Shown here in pieces: positions 1-13,600 of a stretch of DNA of 64,000 nucleotides (within the stretch, counting starts at the first letter, position 1; each line of letters opens with the position of its first letter). This DNA comes from Ptychomitrium polyphyllum (lineage: Eukaryota), in the NCBI GenBank assembly GCA_973851085.1, contig OZ316775.1:1240001-1304000 (forward strand). Reading direction: 5' to 3'. The position numbers and the translations under genes are program-made. The notes below the pieces were generated by a model. That model did not search any database, had not been told where the DNA came from, and saw only the letters and a list, made by a program, of their open reading frames with translations.

Positions 1-27
1 TTATGAGCCTTATGGAGAGGTACTTAC

Positions 28-1630
28 TGTAACTAATGGGGCCGTGAGAATGTCGGTATAGACGCCCTCCGCGCCTCCGTAGAGGATCTTGGAAGCAGGA
101 TACTTTACCGGGAGAGCAATGATCTTCTCCTCCAGCAGCTGATTGTGAGCGCTGGTGATTAAGTTGAGATCACTTGAACAACCATAACCATCATATTTGG
201 CCATCGGGCTACCGAACATGGCGAGCATGGCACGGATGCATCCCAGAGGCAGATTCACCACCGGAATCGTCTGGGCAATGGGCATGATCGTTGAGGGCGC
301 AGCGGGAGGGGTGTAGACTACCGGTGTCAACATTTTCTGCCAAGTCGACATTGAAAGTTTGGATTTAGGACACGGGGAGTACTCGCATTCAAATATGTAT
401 TTCAGGGAAGAGATGATTCACAATCTCACCACAATGTGATCGTCGATTCCTTGCTCAACACCGGGCACAATTCCCTGAGTCGCATGGACTGTCAGACTCT
501 TGTCGTAGAGGCTGAAGAAATAGTCTTGATAGCTAGACACACGGTGAACAACGATAAGTTAAAGGTGGCCAATTTGGACAAACTCTGATTCAGTCCTGCA
601 AGAAGCAGAATGTTCCAGAATCTGATGATAAGCCTTTTGTTGCTGGCTATGTACTCTGAAATGAACGTCAGAAAGCACTTGTAGTAGCAACTTCCTTGGA
701 ATTCATTTATCTAGGAAATGCTTTCTCAACTGCTCTCCCTCAGTTTACATAAAGAGTTTGGATTGAGGTCACTTACTGCCGGGTGGATTGAAAATTAGAC
801 TTTCGTGAAACCAAACTCGAATCGTGTACCGCTCGAACCATTCATGCTGCACGTCCAGTGAGAAGGGAGAGTTGTTTCCATTGTCCTTGGTCCACACTTT
901 CACCATTCTTGCTGGCGCACCATAAGCTGCAAAGTTGGTGCCAAATGTGAAGTCTCCGCCTGCTCCTCTCAGAACTGGATATATAGGCCGCCTACTCACT
1001 CCAAACACTGTAGACATGACAAAAAAATTCGACCAAGTTAGATGACGGCGTGAATAGCTAGAGACATCATGCCAGACACAACATTTATGGCTCTGCACTA
1101 CTGAAATGGAGAGGGTCCTTGAAAGTGAGAATGTAGGAGTGGCACTTTGTACGATGAATTTGTAAGCCAATGAAACAACCAACAGCAGCGCAGAGGCACT
1201 CTCCATTTCACCCAAAAGATAATCTGTTGGAATCAGTCAATCAGGTTTTGAATGGATGTGCTGCACAAGGCAGTACTCATCATATGCACGTGAAAAATTC
1301 ATTGACTACATAAATTTGTGCCTGAATATGCAATTGGTTACTTCTTATGATTCACGACGTACCAAGGAAGTCGAGGGAAATTTGCAGTCGGTGTAGCGAT
1401 CTGCAGCATGCTTAGGAAACTGAATGCCATTCGAGTCAAGTTCAGCGTTAGCAAACTGATCCGGGAACGCTGCAATTGAGTTGCCAATGTTAGAGAGCGA
1501 GTCTCCGAACGCAAAGACTGCAGGGTAAGAGCAGTTGGGGCAAGGTACTCCCTTGTGCCACCGTCACCTAAAAGATAATACATAGTACCACAGCTGCACC
1601 CTAACAGAGCAAGACCCGAACTGCTTCATG
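28..1630 (-). pseudogene. GDSL esterase/lipase pseudogene; 3' end runs off the left edge of the window
   Basis: Manual translation: exon ~1630-1363 gives PCPNCSYPAVFAFGDSLSNIGN (GDSL block I). Exon 1007-777 gives FGTNFAAYGA...SPFSLDVQ. Exon 595-430 gives YQDYFFSLY. Exon 336-28 gives NLPLGCI...YDGYGC...AHNQLL. GT-AG boundaries are present. Lesions: a stop just upstream of the mature N-terminus (~1564), a 1-nt deletion before DFL in exon 1, and a 166-nt exon 3 where the phases require 167. Confidence 0.8.
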
Positions 1631-4600
1631 GACGCCAACCTGCCCCAGCTTCCCCATAGCCACCACCACCTCCTGGATTTAATGGCAGTCCAATTGGAAT
1701 CAGTGCAGTGGCGCATGCGATTGCAAGCGTGGTGAAGTTCAAGTGCATTTCCCAACGTTATACTAGAGTTGTGAGGGTCCATAGCTAAACTAGAGGAAGC
1801 ACGTCAGTCACATCCTCGTTGAGCTGCTTGTGTATTCTTAGCAAGTTGCAAGAGACTTGGCTCTCAGTAGCTTCGGTTTGTGGATAAAGTCAACATTATA
1901 ATATAGTTGTCATCAAAAATTTTACACGCCACCGTTACTTAGAAAACAAATGTCACCAACTTCATCGCTAGGAGTGGCTCAGCACTGCAACCGGGTTTGC
2001 GGTTTTATTGCTTTTCAAACTGTTCCATAATAGACATTGTAAAGTCATCGCCGTCATCACGCGAAATTACTTTTAATTACGTTATGATCAGAAGCTGACA
2101 AGTTAGCCAAAATTTGGTTTTTTGATGTTCTATTCACGGATGGTTAGAAGATGGGCATCCATTGCTATGGAACTCCAATAGGACATTTTTGAAGACATGC
2201 AAGGATCTGGTGTTCCACAATACAATACACTGGTCACTGCTGGGCCGTTGTCATTTGGGCTGGAGCCTCTGCATTATTGATGTCGAGGTTCAACTAAACC
2301 AGAAAACTGCCATCAGTAAACGGCTCTAGAGCAAGGTTTCTCTCAGAAGTGTGATGTAGTCTTCTTACAGATCCACTCTCCGCTGCAAAATATGTCACTT
2401 TGCTCAAATAAAACGTTGTTTATTGCTTTGGGATTACATTCACGTTTTGGATTGAGTTCAACCATTGGACAGTTGGTTGTGAGTTTTTCAGAAATGCAGT
2501 CAAGTTTCGCATATCGTCTCAGAGTTTCAGAGGTGAATTTTTATTAGAGTGTAGAACCCCGGCTAGTAGTCTTTGGCAATTACTCTGAAAGAATCTCCAG
2601 AGGGGCTCAAGTAGCTAGGCCTCATATCAGTAGAAGCCTGAGTCAATGGCAGGCGACTTTCATGTCAACTTGGCTGTGCTACATCAAAAGTTATTTGTTA
2701 ATTTGATCACACAGAAGATTCATGGTCACTGAGGAGTCAAATCTGGTTCGCTATCATTGGGGTCGGATATGAAAGTGTTTGTAAGCTTTAAGAAAATCCT
2801 GTCGTGATGCTATGGAGTTTCATTGAGTAGATTTTCATTTCCATTGTACACTGATTGACTGTGAAGGTGATTCAGTGGAATGTTCTGATACTCTGGAAAG
2901 TGTTTAACTCTTTAGATTCTTTTCAATCGCAAGCGGTGTTGATCTCGTGGATTATCTGATAGAGGGACTGAGTGTGCATGGGAAAACTTAATTGGCCTGA
3001 TCAAATTTTCCCCCCTATTTCGTTTTTTATCATTTCTTCAGTCTCTTAGTGCTTCCAGCAAATTCGTAAGGGTTTTCATCGCCTGTGAACTTGATTTGGT
3101 GGTTTTTCGGTGTTTGCGCTCTGTTCACGGCGATGGAGAGTGTGGATTTGGGGGTGGATGACTGAATGCAGGCCGGATGCGTCTTGCGTTTTGTTCATAG
3201 TGCATTTTGCTGCTTTTGCAACTCTTAGTGGTGAAGGGTTCTTCGATCTCTGTTTGCAATGGAGGCCTTCGAGGTTGTCGGAGGACTCAGGCCAGCGGTT
3301 ACTTTGGATACTCTAAGCAATCGGTATCCTGTATACTTTCCTCGGTCATCTCCCTGAAGCATAAGGTATGTGATTCTTCTCTCGCTCTGGGTTTCTCGTA
3401 CTGTCCTTGGTTATATCGTAACATACTAAGTTAGGTGCATTACGTTCTTTACTTTTTACCATTTTGAACTAGCACGATGTTGGTCATTTATGCCAATCTA
3501 TGTAGGCCACTGCCGATGGGTGGGCATGCACCTCGTCCTAGTGAATATTTTTCCTTTTTTAAACGTTAGGTGTAAATATGTCGTTGGGCTGCCATAGCGA
3601 ACATCAACGCTGCAAGTCACCACCTTCTATGAGTAGGTAAGGCTAAATCGTCTGTATCGTGTGCAGTGGCGGGGCAGCCGGATCATAGAGTGTATGCTGT
3701 CTATCCACGATCTCCATAAGTAAACATAGCCTGGGAGTTACACAGCATTGGCAAATTCATGCGGTTCCTTACGCTATGATAAATTGGACATGATTCGGAA
3801 GCATCTGTACGACCTAAAGACATCTGAAGTACTCGTACATCATGCCATTCATCTCACCTGCTTCGCCCCTGCTCTCCAACGAGGTTTGTGCATCAATTGC
3901 CTGATCCTCACCCTCATGTGTGACATACGTAGTTGGTCGGTACTGCTTGATACCAGAAGTTAAAAGAGATATCTGCTCATAACAGAGGAATTTTGATTTA
4001 GTATAGCTTTTTCGCTGGACTGAGTCGCTGAGTAAACCCTAGTGCACTGTTCTAAACCCTGAACCCTTGTGATACTGGGTGTTTTGAACGACGATAAATT
4101 TAGACCTTGTCTATTCTCCAGAGTATCAAATGGTCACCTGTTTTTACATTGACAACCATGTCTGTATATGTCAGAACGTGGAAGACACCTTAGAAACATT
4201 AGGGGACAACGTTTTTAATGGATAGACGATTTGCGATTATGATGCAAGGTCTCCTTTGGTGATATGCTGTTTTGTTAGTCTTATCTTATGGATACAAGTG
4301 AAAGATCATATCTTAGGAAGATTGGAGCGAAGTTTTAGAATCCGTGTTTTCCCCACAATGGAGAAGTAGCATGAAGTGAAGAAGTTGAGACTAGTGTAGA
4401 ATTTGGCTTGTTAGAATATCGGTTTGTCTCTTGATACTGTACCTTGCTGCCAGACATTAGTAGATCACTGTTCATATGTATTGACCATCTCTGTTTCTCT
4501 TTACAAATGCTTTCGTGAATAATTGCCAACTTTTCAAAAGCTTTTGTTTGCTCTATGTAGAAAAAATCATAGTTTGAATATAGCGGACCTATGAACCAGT

Positions 4601-5958
4601 AACAATGGGTTTCTTTTACGTTGCTCATGCACTTCCCAAGTGGCTAAGCCTGGATATACTAAACAGTAACCATGGCATTAGAAATCTGATATGCAGATTA
4701 TTGGGGGGACAAGCTCATCCCACACTGCTACAGCACATCACATGAAAGTTTCAGCAGAGCATCCGACTTGTGGCAAGCTTGTTGGGCGAGAGATTTCAGT
4801 TGTCAGCAGGGCACACTACGAGCAAGGTACTACCGAAAGCTGCAGTTTTTATTGTAACTGCTCTTGTGGTTCAGTATGCTTACTCCTTGGATCAGCTGAA
4901 ACATGGTTCAGTTCCTGTGCAGCTTGACCACAAAAGCGGATTGACCCTATGTGAACAGTGCGAAACTATTCCCAAGATCTACTTTCTGATGGACCTTGCT
5001 CTTGGCTCTTTACCTCAACATCTAATGTGGACTCAACGTTTGAAATAAGAAACTTAGAGCAATGTACGGCATTGCACATCATAGTCAACTAATACTGTAA
5101 GGAAAGAAACATACAATTTGCTTTGAGACGGACAAGGCAATGACTTAGTACCTACTCCTTGAGCACTTTGGAGGCTCGCTGACTGAATGTCACTGTACTC
5201 CAGCTTCTAGAAACCTCAAAAAAAAATTTGTAGAAAACAGTGTTCTTCTCATTTGGTCCAAATTGGAGTCCAAGAAGGGTACCCACAGATGGTTATTTTA
5301 TTTTGTTCAAGGTGGGTTATACTGATTATGTGGCTAGTTTTTCAGTCATAGGATGTCCATATTAAAAGCTTGGCATGGAATGAAAGTCTGCCTTTCTATA
5401 AACTTGCATCCAGGTGTCCTTAGTCAGTCTTGTGGATCTATTCAGGACCTGACAAAAGTTAAATAACTTGAATGTATATACTGAAATTGGGTGCTGTCCT
5501 TAAGCGACTCTGTTGAATTCATTCCTTGAGACCTTCTAGGTAATAAGCAAAGAATCCAGAAAGTTGAAACATTATGGGAGTCTGCAGGTCCAGGAAAAGG
5601 TGATGGGTTTGTGGACATGGTCATTAGTCACAGTTACAAAAGCATTATGATTTTCCTACAAATAGGTGGAATTTTGGATGCTGTGGTACTAGATGCAACA
5701 AAAATGATGAGCATGATTGGAGGTGGTGGGATGGTCAACATCTCTGTTGCAAGGCAGTCATGACACATGAAGCAGGAGGCCTACCAGCAGGAGTCACTTA
5801 GGATGCATGTGGTTTCACACTACACTGATGTCAAGCACCAGCTCTAGCCTTTACACCACTTCTGATCTCGTTCCTGAACCCATGTGACAGTTATTATTGC
5901 GACTGATCTTGCAATGCAACATCAGTTTGCTGCTGAGAAACTCACACACTCCCAAGAA

Positions 5959-6015
5959 AATTCCAGTGGACCCACACAGTTTAAGTGGAATTCCAATGGA
6001 CCCACACAATTCCAG
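5959..6015. repeat. Imperfect 30-bp tandem duplication (aattcca[g/a]tggacccacaca...)
   Basis: aattccagtggacccacacag is followed 30 nt later by aattccaatggacccacacaa. Confidence 0.7.
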
Positions 6016-9000
6016 AGCCAAACAAGCTGGAATCTATCCGGTTACTTTGCCTCACAGCTGCCAACTTGGAGAAATTGACCAAGGTTATAGTGCTGCATGC
6101 CAGAATATTACCATATAACTCTGCAACTTAGAGTGAAACTTCCCAGTAGTGTGCACATGACTCAGTAATTTTGATGTTGAACACAAAATTTATAAAATTA
6201 CAAATATGATGCCACTGCTAGGGCCAGGCCCCATAGCTTTCTTGAACCGAAGCTTGGACTACCCTTCAATCAACGTTTTGATATGGGAATTCAGTATATC
6301 GGCCGTGGGATGGGACTGTAAAAACTCATGTAACAGAGGTTGCATTTACTTTTGAGTTAGATCCTTTTTCCCAAGGGGTGGTCCTCCTCCACTGTTCTAA
6401 AATGCTATATGATAGTGAACAAATTTAGTGCTCTTCCTGAATAATTTGGTTGTTTCTTTGGAACCAAAACAACAGGAAGTAGAATGTTATTATGAGGTGG
6501 CAAATATAAATCATGCTTTGTATTTGATTAAAAAATGTAATTTCTACTTTGAGCATTCTTTCTAGAAATAAGTCAAACCTTTGATGTATTAGTGTATGTC
6601 AAACTAAATTTCAAGGAAAGTTGAGATAAATTTAAGTCAAAGAATGTTTGCAATTTTTCTTTCAACTTATGATAACTTAATGAAAGGCATTGTGCAACAA
6701 AAGAGCTACACTAAGAAGTATATTGAGTGCACATTTTTTTATCATACCACAATATAAATATTATTACAATACATTCCAATACATTTGTGTAATTGCTATC
6801 ATTCTTTCTTGCTGTTTGTATGATTGGCTTAGAATTGAGCTCCGTTTTGTTTATGTATATAAGTTATATGTAACCTACTTTATACAGTCTACTTCTTCCA
6901 TGTTGTTCTTGCAACCATTGGATTTGAATACAAGAGGTTAGTGTATAGTGCTGGTAGTCCAATTATAGCAGCAACCCTATAGGCTTGGATTTTTGCATCT
7001 TTCTTAAATTGTAGTTATGGTAAATTTTCTAAAGATTCTTTTTCACATCCAAAGATGACAAAGTCAATTTCAAGCCCATTGCAATATATATGAATTATCT
7101 ATTGATGTCAAGCAAAAATTAGTATCATTCCAAACATATTGTCATCTTAAAACTTATAAATGTCATATATTGATTAAATGTCAAGACTTAGTTCTTTAGT
7201 ATCATGACCTTTTATTGAAAAAATGATGGAACATTTTTTTTTTATTGTACATTTTTTTCCATTATATATTTAGTGTTTCAAAAATAGAATTTATATTGTA
7301 AAAATATGAAATTATTGTAAGGAATTACTATTGAAGTGGTTGAAGAAAATTCATGCTAGTCACAAATATATGCAAAAGTTTTGAAGTTTTTAGTTCATGT
7401 GTAGAATAGAAGTGAAGAAATCACGTGGATGAAAATCATCCATATCTCCAATATTGAAAAAATTCACCGTCCTACAGTATTTGGTGCTAAACTTGTAAGT
7501 GCAATAAATACTCAATTTTGAGTATCTTTTTCAAGAAGTTAAATTGGAGTTTTTTAAAAAAACCAAGTGAACCATATTTTATTAATCACCCTTAAGTTCA
7601 AAAAGATCATGTTCATGGCTTCATTTGAATTTGAATATAAAAAAGCCAGAGTTGAACACCTGCTCATGTTTACAGAGGTGAATCAGAATCTGGCTGCCAA
7701 GACCTGTCCTCTCTTTGTAACCGGCTTGAGCTTCCCAAGACCATTCACTAAGTTATGCAGTCTAGAAGCACTATGCTTTCTTGACATGTTCCGTCCTGCA
7801 AAAGATGAACTGCCAAATACCTGGTTCTCCCTGTAGCAGCAAGGTCACCTAGTGGTACCTCTACACATGAAAACTTGACATACAATCACAAAGATACACC
7901 CAGTGTGGAATCTACTATAAGAATTGTGCAAGTAGTACGGTGGGAATGGGTGACATTCCAGCTAGTACTGTGCTTATGAAGAAACTATCATCTCCATCCT
8001 CATTTTTCACTGTCAAATTAGCATGGAAACTGTAAATTACCTGTGTCTACTGAAACTTAGAAACATATGTTGGAGCTCCTGACTCCTAACCCTGGAAAGT
8101 ATTGACACTGAGTCCATCAGTCATGGTACTAGTGCAATAATTTACAACTGGAATCTCTTTAGTTTAAATACCGCAATCCACCAGAATCCATAAAAAAGGA
8201 GACTTGACTGCCCAACACTGTACGGTAAACAAAGCACCAACAATACAATGGGGCAGTGTGCATGACTTGAGCGCCGTGCGCTCTTTTCACACTTTCACAC
8301 AAAGCTCCTTCTCTTGCTCTCTCCCAGGGAAGCATATAGAGAACCGACACTGAACGCAAAGGCGATACAATCTAAAGGAATGCATACCCAACACTGCCAT
8401 GGTACCCCAAAAGCCTACATGTTAGTCTGGGAAATCTAAGGTGGGGACACCGTGTCCCGTAAAGCAATTGAACATCTACCCAATCTTCAACAACAAGCAC
8501 ATATCGGATAGCTGAACCTTTGAATCTCTAGATACTGATTATAAAGTCCACTATTTTCATTTTACAAAAAAAATTCACGGAAATTCTACAAATTGTGGTT
8601 GTTTGGATTTGATTTTTGTGCAAAATGGGAAATGTATGGTTGTTTACACGTGGATTAAATGATTATAGATGTATAAATTTTTTATTTCAATGTTATTACA
8701 TGTATTTCAACAGTAGATGTAGTGGTGGTTTTGAATGATATGCATTCCCCATACTCCATTCATTTAAAGCACATCTGAAGAATAGGCTTGAATTATAAAT
8801 TAAGAAAACATCAATTCTTGAGTCTTCTAGATATAAGTTTTACACTAATTAGAGATACTAAATTGCATGTGAAAGTGGTTCTGGGTTGAATTAACTAGAA
8901 ATGGCCCCAAATGCTTCATTTTGCAAAAGGTGACTTAAAGCATTTTAAAAAAGTTCTCATTTCTTTTGTTTAAGAATTTTCCAACTTTAAAATATTTGTT

Positions 9001-10632
9001 TTTCTCATAGTTCAGCTTCTTTCAATCAAACTTATATTTTATTTTTAAAATATTTTGGATTTTCAGAAGAGTTTTAGAATCACTTTCGAGGGACCACTCC
9101 TATGCGGCTACGGCAATACATTCGCCCACTGTAGAATCTATGGAGACACTGGTTTCTACGGTTTTAGGTGCCTCACGGATCCGCTGCCCCGTCCCTCACA
9201 CCAAACTCCACGGTCCAATACTCACCCATCCGCTCCCCATGGGAACGGAGCGGGGACTGTGGGCCCCACTCCCCCAACGGCGCAGATATCCTCACGACGC
9301 ATCCGACGGCGACGGCATCGCCGGAGGTCGCTGTCGCGCCAAAGTCAAGTCGCAAGCAGGGCTGGAGAGTGCCATGGGGGTGAGTGGACTGCGGATGTCC
9401 TCCAAGACGCCACCTTTGAAGCGTCCTTGCCGGCGTCGTCATCACTGCAGCTGCAAGCAAACCTGCAGACGCCGATCGCAGCGAACCCAGACGAGGACAC
9501 GATCCGGACCTCGGAGCCTGGGGCCCAGTGTAGGGATTCAGCTGCGCCATAATTCTTCATGGTGATGATGATGATGAAGAAGGAGGTCGTTGCAGCGTGG
9601 ACTTGACGTCCTCCTAGTAGACTACGTGCTGTTGTCAAGCTCGGGTCCAGGTTCTGCGGCGCGTGGAATCCCGATTCCCGCTGTAGCTTAAGTTGTTTAC
9701 ACTGCAGTCGTGGCGAGCGTTCACATGGTGTTGTTCTTTTGAGGTTTCCCGTTTTCTGTGTCGAAGAAGGGGGTCGTGTTGGTTCGTTTGCTTGTTGAAG
9801 AGGATTGAGTTAGTCGGGGGCGCTGTAGTGCATGTGGGGTTATGGTGGTTCTAGTGAAGGCGGTTATTTTCTTTTGCAATTTTATATCGGTGAGTTGGGT
9901 TGTGAGTGCAAATTGAGCACGTGGTCGGAAGCGTAGGGTGTGAGTGTTAGGTTCGAGCGTTCACTAGCTTGGTTGAGCGTGAATGCAGGGAGAGGGCCCT
10001 CTTTGAAAGGTGAGGGTAAGGACGTACTGACTGAAGAATTGGAGCATTTTCGGTGACTCTGTGCTTTGGTTGATCGCTGTAGTTGAGTGTTCAGTTGCAG
10101 ATTGTGCATCGATGCTCTTGTCTGTAGCCATGGCGAACTTTCGTTTATGCTAAGCTGGTCGGATGTTGTGTGAAGCATTGGACATTTTTGCTCCATTTTG
10201 GCTCCATTTTGGCAAAACCTCGTTTTCTTGAGAGCTTGGCCTTGCGATTAGGAGATCCAGCACGTTACTATCGTTGATGGCATGGAGGCGGAGGAGGAAA
10301 ATTGAAGGTCCCGCCATTGAAGGAGAACTTGATGTTAACTCATGTTGCGAGCCACACAACCGAGGTTGCACAAACTTGGCAATTACAGGGCGAAGGAAGA
10401 GTACTTCTGGGGTTCTTGTTACTGGCGGTAGCACAAAGTTAGCTCCATGGAGAGGGTAGCTTGATCGATTGAAATTCTGAAACCAAGTGGCAGGGGTATT
10501 GGTTTTCTTTCTATTTCATTGTGACAACCCAGAGAGTGCTCATTGGAAGTCGAATTGTGGTTTATGTAAATGTTGTGAATCACCTTGAACATAGCTCCGA
10601 GTGTAATTGGCTTCGCTTTGAAGCAATCGCCG

Positions 10633-13600
10633 ATGGCGTCACTACTTTTGCATCTTCTTCTGGTGGTGAGCTGCATTCTGGCGGTGGCATTGTGTGGGGA
10701 GGCTCATATGTCGGTCGGAGGCTTCTTTGAAGAGAGCTCTATCGCGGTGAAGATGGGCGTAGCGAGCAGCAGGAGGGAGCTTGCAGGAAACAACGCTACG
10801 GTGGGTACCTGCGTTTCATGAAATTAGTTCTTGTCATGTTGATTGCTTGCTGCAAAGGAACGGTAAGGTTGATACTTTTCAGAAGGAGGCCCACATTGTC
10901 TTCTTCATGGAGCGTGCACTGCAGATTCGTTTCAGCACCTGCTGTAACCTAAAAATACCACTCGAAGTTGGTTGATTCAACTTTGCTTATCCTTCCTTCC
11001 ATTTTCTTTCATCTTTGTACGCAAAAGTGGTCATCATTTCTTAGGGTTGATGTTTTTCTCTCCTTATGGCGGAGATTAGTGGCAGTGTTTCTGGGAAGTT
11101 TTTCATGTTCTAAAGAGTTTCGTCACTCTCGGTTTTGGAGTTGAAGGGCCGGCAGGATGTTCCGTACTCAAAATTTCAGTTGGTTTGAGTTTATATACAA
11201 ATATCGAGTTTTGATTTCCAATGCTTTCTGCAGACACTGAGCTCCACGACAAATTTATCAGAGGATGCTGATGTCCTGCTACTCTTCAAGGAAGCCATTA
11301 CTTCCGACCCTTTCAACGTGACGAAGTACTGGAAACCCATAGGGAAGCGACAACGGGTGAACCCCTGCAAGCCTTGGGTTGGGATCAGGTGCACAAAGAG
11401 ACGAGTTACAGGAATCAACCTTTACAATCAAAGCCTTAGTGGAAATCTTCCTGCGGTGCTTGGCCGACTCTCAGCGCTAAGAACTCTTAATCTGTCCACT
11501 AATCGATTCTCAGGTGCAATTCCCTCGGAGCTCGGTTTAGCTTCCTCGTTGGAAGTCCTCGACCTTGGGAGTAACAACCTAAATGGCTCCTTACCGTCCT
11601 CACTTGGAGATTTAACCAACCTTACTTCACTAGTCGTCTCCAACAACCGATTCGTGGGAGCTATTCCAGCCTCTATTGGCAATCTACGAAGTATACGAAA
11701 ATTGAACTTGTCGGAAAACCATCTTTCGGGTACATTCCCTGCAGAACTGGCAACACGCTTTGCTTTGGAGGCTCTTGATCTAAGCAACAATAACGTAAGT
11801 GGGGGTCTGCCACTTGACATTGGGAACTTGGCAAACTTAAGAGTCTTGAATGCAAGGAACAACATGCTCATTGGAAGTTTACCAGCCACGTTCGGAAATT
11901 GCGCTTCTTTGACAAGTCTGGATGTATCTGGCAATCCTCAGCTCTTTGGGTCCATCCCTTCAACACTTGGTCAATTAAACCGCCTTGAATCTTTGCATCT
12001 GGCTGGTAGTAACCTCACAGGAACGATACCACAAGCACTCACAAACTGTTCTAGGCTCACGGACGTTGATTTGAGTGACAATGCTCTCCATGGCGCCATC
12101 CCATTTCAAGGCTTGGAAAACCTGACTCTGCTTCATTTGCAGAACAATCTTCTGGAGGGCGATTTTATGAGTAAAGTGCCGACATTCCTAACGTTGCAAG
12201 ACCTTGACCTTACGAATAACCATTTGAATGGAAGCCTTCCGGAGGAGATTAGTGTTGTTCCGTTGCAAGTGGGTCTTCTTCTTGGTCAGAACCTTTTAAA
12301 TGGTAGAATACCTGGTGGACTGGGAGACTTGGCATTGGTAAAGCGGATTGATCTTTCGGCAAATAGATTCTCGGGTGGTATACCAGAGTCTATCAAGAAT
12401 TGTATCAGCCTCACGGAGCTTAGTGTTGCAAGCAACGGCTTGACGGGTGGGTTTTCTGTACCTGACGGTTCACTGCCTGCTCTGACTTTACTGAACGTTT
12501 CTCATAACTCGCTCAATGGTTCCCTTCCGACTCTCAGCCATTTGGCAAATCTGAAGATCTTTGATGGATCTTTCAACAGCTTCTCCGGTGGAGTCCTGAG
12601 TACCTTTGTGAACTTCGCATCGCTTCAGTCGTTGAATGTTTCGTTCAATCATTTATCGGGCGAAGTGCCATTCTTTGCTATCCATGACAATGTCACAGGG
12701 CAAAGTTTCCTTAACAACACTGAGTTATGTGGCAAGGTTCTGAGTGTAGGATGCGGTGATGGTAAATTAGCAACGAGTACAATTGTGTACATTGCAATTG
12801 GGAGTGCAGCAGGCTTAGTAGCGTTGATATTAGTGGTATTCTTTTTAGTTACATATTGCAAAGGATGGAATAGGGGCAGCAAGCACTCGGCGCAAGTCTC
12901 GAATGAGCTTCAGTTGAAGCTCACGCCGGAGGAAATTTCGGCAGCTACAAGCGGGTTCAGTCAGGCCAGTTACATTGGCGAGGGCAAACTGAGCACTGTT
13001 CATAGAGGGGTTCTCTCAGATGAGACTGTTGTGGCCGTGAAGAGGCTTGCTATCAGCAATGCCGAAGGAAAAGAAGATGCAGAGAAAGCTCTGGATGCGG
13101 AGCTTGAGGTGCTGGGCCACATACGCCATCGAAGTTTAGTGAAGGTTTTGGGCTATTGCTCAAGTCCCGAGGCCAAGGCCCTTGTACTCGAGTACATGCC
13201 TCATGGCAGCCTCGCTGCTCTTTTGCGTTCACCTCAGAACGAAGAAGTGTACCGAGCTTTTGATTGGATAATCCGCTTCAAGATCGCCGTCGAAGTTGCT
13301 GAAGGATTGAAGTATCTACATGCTGAGAGTCGAATCCCAATTGTGCATGGTGACGTGAAACCGAACAACATTCTTTTTGATGCGAAAATGGAGGCCAGAG
13401 TTGCTGATTTTGGAGTTAAGAGAATCCTGACAGAGCAGGGATTTATTCCTGCGTCGTCTTCCTTAATGCCAGTCAACATTACTCATGGTTACACCCCTTC
13501 AGGTGAACATCACAGTCTGGCTTGCTCATGTATTCTGACACTGATAACATGTGCTCGTAAAAGGTGTAAAGCTTTTACAATGAACCTTGTTTTAGTTTGT

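Noticed and set aside
4033..4067. Telomere-like AAACCCT copies
   Set aside because: Only two to three degenerate units, not an interstitial telomeric array.
11428..13479. Antisense ORFs within the LRR-RLK (e.g. 168 aa at 11428-11934)
   Set aside because: Shadow ORFs of a long coding exon, with no independent motifs.
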